From Amoebophrya sp. A120 (lineage: Eukaryota > Protista > Dinoflagellata), in assembly GCA_905178155.1 (NCBI GenBank), contig CAJINV010000008.1:434001-498000 (forward strand): 64,000 bases of DNA. The letters run 5' to 3'. The position numbers and the translations under genes are program-made. Under the pieces are notes generated by a model. It saw only the letters and a program-made list of their open reading frames with translations, was not told the DNA's origin and made no database searches. Shown piece after piece: positions 50,075 through 59,023 of this stretch (position 1 is the first letter of the stretch; each line of letters begins with the position of its first letter).

Positions 50075-51662
50075 TTGCGCTTTCTTCTAGGGGCTCAGAT
50101 CGTTTGCTACCTCCGGTTTTCTTCAGCACATGATCCTCGAGCGTGGTCGTCGTCGTCCAGAACCAGATGAACACGTCAAACTGCAAATACTACCGTCGAT
50201 GACCACACGTGAAAACTACACTGCTGAACCGCAATATGGAAAAGGATGTGGCGTCTCGTCGTCTGTCGATGGTCGTCGGAGAAAGGCTACAATGACGCCT
50301 GATCTATCAGGGAGGGAGGTGAAGTAGTCCTATCAAAGAAACTAACATTGCTAAGACTGCCACTCTTTCACTACAGAACAATATCCTTCGCAAATATTCA
50401 CAAGCTGTTTTTGGCCTAAGTACGTTTATCGGAGGAACTAATGCAGCAATCTCTAACCTGTAAATAGTCTCGTAACACAGACAATGAGTTAAAGAAGGGA
50501 ATCAACCTCAACGTCGTATATTTAATTTTCAACACACTTTTAGGCGACTTCGCGCCAGCAATAATTCGTCCCAATTTCATCTCCACGATCTCATGCAGAA
50601 GCAGAACGGTTGCATTTTATGAAATCAAAGAGCATTTATGGGAGATCGCATCATACTCATAGTACGACACCAAATAACTCATATCGGTTTCTCCGATATT
50701 TTTGGTCAACAAAAGAGGTGGTCATTTAATATTGGCGTCACAACATTCTGCTCCTCATGAAAGCAATTTTATCATGTGTTTCAGGTACCACGACAACAGG
50801 AAAATTTACAGAATGGATGGCGCAGGAAAATTCCAGTTTAAGTTCTGATTTCATCTTGCAGCCGTCCTCAAAATCTATTTCTTCATGATCTACTTCGCAT
50901 TTCATCCATTTCCTCTCTTCACGACAGTCATTGCACAACTGACTCACTCAGTGGTTCATTTCCTCGAGTGATAGATCACGTTGACTTCCAGACACGCAGA
51001 CCACAATGAAAATTGAGATCGGAAGATACAGGCGAAAATTGAGATCGGGTAAATGCACAAGGGAGCCGTTTCCAACAGTCTCTCCCGCAAATTTTTCGCA
51101 TCTTGCGGACAGAATCAATCCTGGCCGCGTCTCGAAAATTCAGCGATCGGGGTCAATCATGGTCGACGATCACCTGGGTATCTATTCCTTTTTTCACTTA
51201 GCACACTGCTCACGCAGAATGGAAAATTGAAGTGTCCATGTCTCTCTAGGGTACTATAGCAAATTGCAAACAGTTGCAGTTGTAGGGTATTTGAAGCACC
51301 GAAGCTTTTGCGTACGAAAATTTTCGCATTCCGCAGGAGCGTTCGACAGCTACTTTATTTGCGCTCATGATATCCTTTTCACACACCAAATTTTGATTTT
51401 GATATACTTCCTCGCACAAAAGATATACGTAGTCAGGTCGTGTGTGTCGGCCTGTGTGAATGCTTCAGACCTCGAAAATTGAAATGAACTAACCGGCTGC
51501 AGGTGCACAACCACGGACCGTGTCCCTCTACTCGTGTGCGTGTCCGGCAATTGCTGTTCATAGGAACAGCTTGCTTGGGTATCGTCACAGCGACGGCCAC
51601 GGCCACTTATGCAAGAAACTTTCATATGATTTTTACGCCTCAGTGGGACCATGATGCGCTCC

Positions 51663-54600
51663 TCAAACACAGAACTTCTGCCACCACGGGGAATACTGGG
51701 CGACGATCCACCACCGGTAGCCATTGTAGTGCGCGAAGATAGTTCCCTTGTACATCAGCTTGTATAGGAACCCGCCCGGCGAGAAATTGTGCAGTGCCTC
51801 GGCCCACGCCTCTACATGGTCATCGTGACGCGGCCTGGACTCGCAGGATATACGCGCACACGAAATCTCCAGGTGCTCGGTCGGCTTTATCTCAACGTGC
51901 ATGCGAGGGAGAACGAGTTCGGCCACCTTTTGCCTGAACCAGGACGATTCTCGATCCATCTGCGGCGGAAATGTATGCTACCAAAGTTTGTTGGCGCTTG
52001 CGCTTGCCGCTTGGCCAATTCGACCTTGGTTATTAGCACTTCGCTTGTGAAAGAGCAAAGTTTTCCTGTCGAATAGTATTTCACAAGTGCGTTCTCAAGG
52101 TCAAGGCGATCCCAAGGTGAAGCTCACGGTAAAATGAAAATCATATGAGTTTCGCTTTCGTCCTCTTCATGCATCACAAAAAATAAAAATTCCAAGAAAA
52201 CACATACAAGGTCTTCGACAACCAGGCCTCAGGGTTTCGGTAGCATACGGGAAACGCCCCATCGCCAAGTCCTCGAAAACACCTGGAGAGAGAAAGAAAA
52301 TAATTGCTTCAACATTCCTTTGTCTCTGCTCGGTTGACAGAATGAAAGCGATGCGCAGCGACTGGTAGCCCCGAGGGCATCCAAGGTCAACGTTAATTGT
52401 CCCATCTCTCTACACAGAAACAGGCAGGTAAGTAAGTAAGTAGCTCCACACCCAACAAACTCGGTGTCATGTACGAAGAAAAAAGATCAAGATGAACAGG
52501 ACGCGCACCCCCGTGCCCTCCCAGACTAAGACAAAAGCTTTCCAGACGAAATAAAACACATACACTTACATCAGATGTTTATACCCAGATACACCAGGAA
52601 ATCCCCCACGTTCCTTGCAAGGTAGCCCCGATGGTCATCCTTTTCGCTGTCCGGCTTGTACACCTTCTGGCGGTCCGTCCACCAACGTACTCCCAGCAAA
52701 CTTTTCTTCTGTGTGAGAGAGAAAAGAATGGCGTGCTCTAGCTGTCTGCCTTTCACTCTCTCAGTCTCAGTCTTCGTCTCACTTTAGAACGAGCGAGGAG
52801 CTGCAGAAAAAATATTCAGAACATGCACAAAACGCGATCGCTCGTCTTTGCCACCGATTCGCGCTAGCGACGAGAGTTCGTGTCTAGAAGTTACGCAGCA
52901 ACCAATCGCTGTGCCGCAGTGTTCTTTTCTCGGATATCCAGATAGTGCTTGTCATACCGCCACGCTGTGAGTAGCTCCGGATTGTCCGGTATCAAATGTA
53001 AAAATGTCTGGGTCTGGAAGATTTGGGTGTTTGTCATGTTGGAAGGCTAAGGGCAGGGCGTCCCATTCGTTTATAAACTTAAAACGGTAGCCACCTACCC
53101 AGCAAACTCTGAGTGGAATAGGCACGGGCAAAGCGATCTCTACCGAGAGACAGTCACAAGAGCTCCTGGGACGGCCGCGGGATGAGCTTTGTAGCTATCT
53201 GAGTAGGGATAACTTTGCCGGCGGACCCACCAGCGCTGAGGGATAAAAGAAAAGGTAAAAAAGCGGTAAAGTCATCTACTATGGCACAGTCCCAACTACG
53301 AAAAAACCCATCTTAAAAAAGTGAGGCAAGATTGTACGGGGTGTTTGTCGTTAAAAAAGTAAGAAAGTGGGTGTTTGTCATGCAAATTGTACATGACCCA
53401 CGATGCCTGTGATGCATTCTCTAGCATCACAGCCCTCGCGCAGGCTTTCTCATGCCTATCCTGCATGAGAAATGCCCGGTCCGGGTGGCAAAAATCTGAG
53501 CACCTTTTGCTGGCCATGCAATACAGTTTTTTGTATGATCGAGAAAGTAGCATCACAAGTCCTGTTCTTCCAGACCCAGACATTTTTACATTTGATATCC
53601 GGGAATGTGATCGGCTGATCCAGGCTCCAAAACGCCACCTGACTCGCCCGTATGGAAGCGTCAGGTTTGAAATCGACAAAGTTGAAATGATTTGTAATGC
53701 ATAAAATGGATACCAGTTGGAAGACCAATTTCCAAGCGGCGCATGACAAATCTTCGGAGCACCGGAATCCAATTTGTCATGCTGTTCGGGCACAGAAGAC
53801 TGCTTTTGTCATGCTCCTTTAGCAGCGCCATCCCAAACCCTAAATAGGCTCACAATCTGCCTCACTTGCCAGCCCGGCAAGACAGGCACTTCATGCCTTG
53901 CATTTTTTGCATGACAAATCATTTCAACTTTGTCGATTTCAAACCTGACGCTTCCATAGCCCGATCCACCATAGTATTCACGTCTGTCTTCCCAGTTTGG
54001 CCCGTGTTTGGGCTTACATGCTTGACGAGAGACACACTAGGGAGGAAGAAAACCAGCCGCGTTTTCTCCAGTCCAATTGGGTCCTTCTCATAATCATGAA
54101 TTTCGTACTGGTACTTCGGCGCCAGGAAGCTGGTGTGTTTCGTTTGTAATATTTGTCCATAAGTGAATAGATACTGATACGGTTACTCGCCACATGGTTT
54201 GATTTTGATATCAAATTTCATGGCGACCGACTGACAGGGCTTCGTCCTAATCTGAGTGTGCTCTCAGTTTACTTCTTTGAAAAAAAAACTCTTTCACTAT
54301 GACTGCTCCTCTAGAAGTAGAAATAGCTGTCACGTTAGTCGCAATAAAGAAAATTTCATGCAGCTCGTAGCAAAAAGTACTCTTTCAAGAGGGCTTTGTC
54401 CAGATGCCTCAAGCTGTCGCCCCAGAGATCGAACTTTACCGGCGGGAAGAGAATCCTATTCGGCCGGACGAGTAGCCGCATGAGCTCCGCCCACTCCCCT
54501 GCTGTGCTCCAATCGGACAAACTAGCGTAGGGGTGCGAAATGTGCATTGAAATTCAGGAGTCGGTTGTTAGGTCAAAATGAAGCTGCATGCACCAGGCAC

Positions 54601-57600
54601 CTCAAGTAAAGTAAGTATCTTGTGCAGTAGCACGTACGTATCTTGTGCAGGAGGCATACAAATACAACGCGAGAACCGGTCAGCGTAATGAAACCGCTGG
54701 CAAAAACCAACATGAAACGGGGCGCGTTGTTCGCGTCTCCCACTTTTCTTTAGTCCATAGTCCGAAGGGAAAAATAGAGAACCAGATGAATTTGAAGATG
54801 AGCGTGAACGAACTTTTACCGTGCGCGCGGCAAAATACACAACTCAAGCGGCAAATGCTGGATGCTGATGCACACATAAGTCTACAACGAGACTCGAGTA
54901 AACAGGGTGACCAGCCGATACAGGTGGTGCACGAATGCGTCCCGACTGGTCATCCAGGCAATGTTAGAGAAGTGGGATTGTCGCAGAACGTAGAGGTTCG
55001 GATCCATGGCACCAGATCCTAACTCGTGATTTACCTGCAACAGATTCCACGCGGTGGATCCCAACAGGGAGTTGTCCTTCTGCATCACGCGGGCGCTGAA
55101 CTGCATATAATCCGGGAGTTTTGGGCTCAGCTCCAAATTGTCTTGTAAAAACACCGCATAGTCAAACTGCAGGAACATCACCCCCAAGACCCACATTTGA
55201 TATATCCGCAGCCGCATGCCCGAGATGAAAAGACGCTCCTTGCGGATTCCTTAATTTCATCGTAGAGTAGTACCTAGTAGTCGTCCTTACGGTGGTCGAT
55301 AAAACGAACGCACGTCCTCAACACAGCCGACGGACGACGGAGCGATACGTTCCGCAAGTAGACAGAGGGCAATTTTTGCAAAGACAAAGAGTTTCTTCTA
55401 CTTCGTGACATAAGAGCAAGAGTTTTAGTTTACCGCAGTCGAATCTAGAACAGCCTCCCCTTGCTTTATGCTGTGCTCCTTAGGTGTTTATTTCCGCACG
55501 CCAGCGTCTTTTTTGGTGCGATATTTCGGAACTCCGCGTCCTTCCACTGTGTGTTCATTTGGAGGGCATTTTGAAATTGATGGAAGAAGGACTCCATTTT
55601 CTTCCCAGCTGGATTGCCCCCTCCTCCTTCAGCGTCCTCCGCCGCCTTTTCTTCCGCATGTTGCAGGCTTTGCGCAACAACCCCGCCCGCCGTGCGCGAC
55701 ACAGCGCTAGCACTTCCCGCAGCGTCAAACAGGTTTCCCAAAACCGGGAACAGCGAGATCCCAAGGTCCGGCAGTACCGGAAGATGGACGGACTCGCGGT
55801 CTTTCCCACACGTACTGTACGAAAGCGGTTCCTGGAAAGGGACCACCTTCGAGTTTTTGGCAAAACTTTGACACTCCTCCTTTCCCAGGTCCTGCAGCCA
55901 CGTGGGGTTGCACCGGGCCAGGAACACGTAGATATCCTCGACCTCGAGGGAGCGCAATCGCTCGATCTGCGACAGCACCACGCGGAACCGCCGACAAGAT
56001 GTCAAAATCGAGTATCCAATCTGAGAGTTTCATTTTCAATTTTGTTCTATCCCAGATCTGTCATTACGAGCACGCATACTCCTGGCGGTATAGGAATAAG
56101 TATCCTGTTCACCGCGCGCCGAATCATGCAAAATGTCAATCAACATCATTTATCGTGTCGCTTTTGGTGAAAAGCCATTGCATGATCTACAGAGGATAGC
56201 ACTCTGTGTATTACTGTACGTAGCCATCCGTTGCGCCATGGTGAATCCATCGCACAAGAAGACGTAAGTACTGGTAGGCCAAGGCGAATCGATCTTGGTT
56301 CCATGCCAAAAAGAGATGAAAAAATACTAATATACCCGAATTTTCGGTGTGATGTTGTCTTTCCCGACGTGAGGAGTGCGAACATCTTCGGCTGACGGCT
56401 TCGCGTACTCTACTTTGGCCTTTAGCTTACCGAGCGGCCTACGCAGCAAAAACTTGTCCGGTACCGGATGTCCGAGTATATCTGTTTTTGGCTCGTCAAA
56501 CCCCTCTCGTACGGCGACTTCCGACTTCCCCGCTAGGCCGCGACTCTCCTCCTTCTTGCACGTGAGTGTGCAATGGCAGTTGAGTATTTCGGCGCGTCCC
56601 TTGTGCACTGTGATCCACAGTTATCGAAATGACATCAAAGCTCAGTTGTTGCAATATCGTTTCCGTGGCACATCATCATCACAATCACTGCTGCACAAAA
56701 AGAAAAAGCATCTATCGCGCGCGACCAAAAGTAGAGCGCACTTTGCACCCCTAAGGACGAAATCACACTTCTTGAACCTCGCTTCGTTCGGAGATTGCTC
56801 AAAATACACTGGTGCAACAGACGTACATACAAACTTAAGGAAGAGGGTAAGTGGTCTAGTCTTCTCGTTAACGTATACTAGACCTCAGAAGTTCTCTCGA
56901 TTTGATAACTGTCGATCCGGCGTGTAGCGATATTGCTCGAGAGAGCTCTCGAGCTCGTCTTCCGCTTGTCCCTGCCCGTCAGCTTCTGCTTCTTCGGCGT
57001 CCTGACCAGCATCCTCCAGGGCGTCGCTGTAGCTTTCGGTCTTCGCACTGCTGCAGTCCTTGGCTTTCTTCTTGCGCTTACTCGCTCCTTATCAACTGCA
57101 AAAATGTCTGGGTCTGGAAACTTGTAATGCTGCGTTGGGAATAGTTAATGCTCTGTAATGTACAGGCAAGCATGAGAAATATTGTGCTGCGTTTTTCGCA
57201 TGACAAACTGCGTTTTTGCATGACAGGCAAAAGGGTCTCTTCTTGGACACGCATCACAGACTTTTTGGTCATGCCAGACAAGCATGACAAATCTCAAAAT
57301 CTTCCAGACCCAGACATTTTTGCATTTGATACTCCTGCTGCCAGTTCTGCAGCCGCAGCCTCCGCGTCGTCGACATCCATGTAACCTCCGGTATTTCTCC
57401 GGTACGCGCGCAGGGAGAACGGCGAGCCCCGCATCCACACATTGTAGAGGAGCACGAGGTAGAGCAGAAAGGCACACAGAAACTTCGGTCGGTCCCGCAA
57501 AACGTGGTCACAAACCTGCCCGCCGAAATCACTCGTCCCCCTCCAGGACGACCTGGGAGATGTTGAATAATCTGACAAACTAGTCGTAGTGGTGTTCCCT

Positions 57601-58052
57601 TTGTTCTGACCAAACTGCCGATCTCGGTTGCCACCGCCCTGCCTGGCCTTGCCGCCTGCTCGCTTGATTTCTTTTTCGAGGACGTGAACATCCGCATCGA
57701 CCAGTACCCAGGAGGCGCACCCAGGCGCCGGACTACGCGCGCCACTCTCCTGGTCCACACTGTTGTTGACATTGATGTCATTTTGATTTTGCTCGCCAAC
57801 CGCCCGCAGGTAAGTGGCTTTTGCCAACGAGACCCCAGCGCGCCACCTGGCGGCCGCACAGCTTCCCGCGGCAAGGCAAAACTGTTGTGCAATCGCACAG
57901 TTGCTTTCCCGCGTTTGCTCGCCAAATTCGCTGAGGGTGCTGCGCCCCTGCCCATCGTCAGCATTTTGGCCGCTATCGTCGTCGTCCAGGTCGAGGTCCC
58001 GTCTCTTGGATGATCCTCCTCCTCCGGCGCGAATGCTGCTGTTGCTCGGCAT
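51663..58052 (-). CDS. Type II membrane GT13 (GnT-I/MGAT1/POMGnT1-like) glycosyltransferase homolog, multi-exon
   Basis: TM segment KFLCAFLLYLVLLYNVWM. YQMWVLGVMFLQFDYAVFLQDNLELSPKLPDYMQFSARVMQKDNSLLGSTAWN parallels GnT-I YRWALGQVF...VVVEDDLEVAPDFFEYF...DPSLWCVSAWN. LRQSHFSNIAWM parallels YRTDFFPGLGWL. C-terminal MYKGTIFAHYNGYRWWIV parallels GYRGIVTFQFRGRRVHL. Three introners restore the frame (AAG|ASKRKK; VDR|ASQVAFWSLDQPITFP|DNPELL). Confidence 0.7.
52990..53597. mobile_element. Introner, family A (608 bp; 264 bp without the nested insert), TSD TCCGG
   Basis: Family A TIRs. TCCGG at 52985-52989 and 53598-53602. Confidence 0.93.
53039..53367. mobile_element. 329-bp insertion nested in the introner with a 15-bp duplication (SINE/retroposon-like)
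   Basis: TGGGTGTTTGTCATG at 53024-53038 and 53368-53382. A-rich right end (TTAAAAAAGTAAGAAAG). Removing the insert plus one copy leaves a normal-length family A element. Confidence 0.7.
53651..53958. mobile_element. Introner, family D (308 bp, ~50-bp TIR), TSD GCCCG
   Basis: TATGGAAGCGTCAGGTTTGAAATCGACAAAGTTGAAATGATTTGT(A/C)ATGCA is inverted at both ends. GCCCG at 53646-53650 and 53959-53963. Confidence 0.94.
57090..57331. mobile_element. Introner, family A (242 bp), TSD CTCCT
   Basis: Family A TIRs. CTCCT at 57085-57089 and 57332-57336. Frame restored. Confidence 0.93.
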
Positions 58053-59023
58053 GACATCTTAGGTCGCAAGCTAGCAGACGAAGACCGCGCTTCGCGCTCG
58101 GCTGCACCAACCGAATTTTCAACACAGCTGCACCGAAGCAGCTTCTTCAGCTCGATAGCTCCCGCACCGTCCGGAGAACAAGGGACAGCCACAGCGACAG
58201 TGCGTCCCGGTCCCTCCCCCTCGTCAGTGGGTCCGCGAGTGAACTGCAGCAAAAAAAAACACACGAAGAAAAACCAAGCTCACGAGGACATTCTGGAGGA
58301 TTGCCACACCCGCATCATCTTGTTCAACATTACTTGGTACTGAGTTACTCGTCCAGTGACTGTGTTCGGTAACAACTCGCCGCGGTTTTGTGTGGCGCGA
58401 CTTAGCAACGAGGTGAACTCGGTCCTCAGGATAAGAATACTTCATCCACTCGAAAACGAACACATATCGCTCTCAACCACCAACTCCCCTGCAAGGAGGC
58501 CGAGTGCCAGACGGGAGCCGAAGCACCGGGGCTGACGACAAAAAGCCAGAAGACATAGAGTCAAACAGGTTAGAATGCTGCACCACAACACAAATGCGTA
58601 TCTTCATGGCTTGTTCTGTGTTTTTTTTTCCAACGTTAAGATGACGCATCCTGAATGAAACTATTCAAAACACGATATCAAAAAGAAAAAGAGCGCGTCA
58701 AAAGGATACCGAAGCAATGAAGACGCTAGAAGTGGGTGGTCATTTCGTACCTCATCGAAATTATTCGAAGGCTCTTCAAACTTACTTGCACAACCTCAAG
58801 AAGAACCTCGAAAAGCCTTTACGTAACGCTATGAACATAGCATCATGAATCTTTTGCAATACTTTTGTCTTAAACTGAAATCCGATTTACCGGCAAGATG
58901 AATCGTGGCTCTTTATTCTCTAGTCGTCAACGACCGCTGGGAAATGCAAAAACGGCTCTGTCTGTGTTCTTGAGACGCCGACAAACGCGATTCAAGAAAA
59001 ACTGGCTCTGCACAATGGGCTCA

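Noticed and set aside
53037-53296. Solo LTR (TGTTGG...CCAAC)
   Set aside because: It lacks the terminal CA and a 4-6-bp TSD. The 15-bp duplication at 53024/53368 explains the boundaries better.
4312-57331. Tc1/mariner MITEs with a TA target duplication
   Set aside because: The TA dinucleotides belong to the TIR. A different 5-bp duplication lies outside them at every site, and only element+5 removal restores the frame in all 14 cases.
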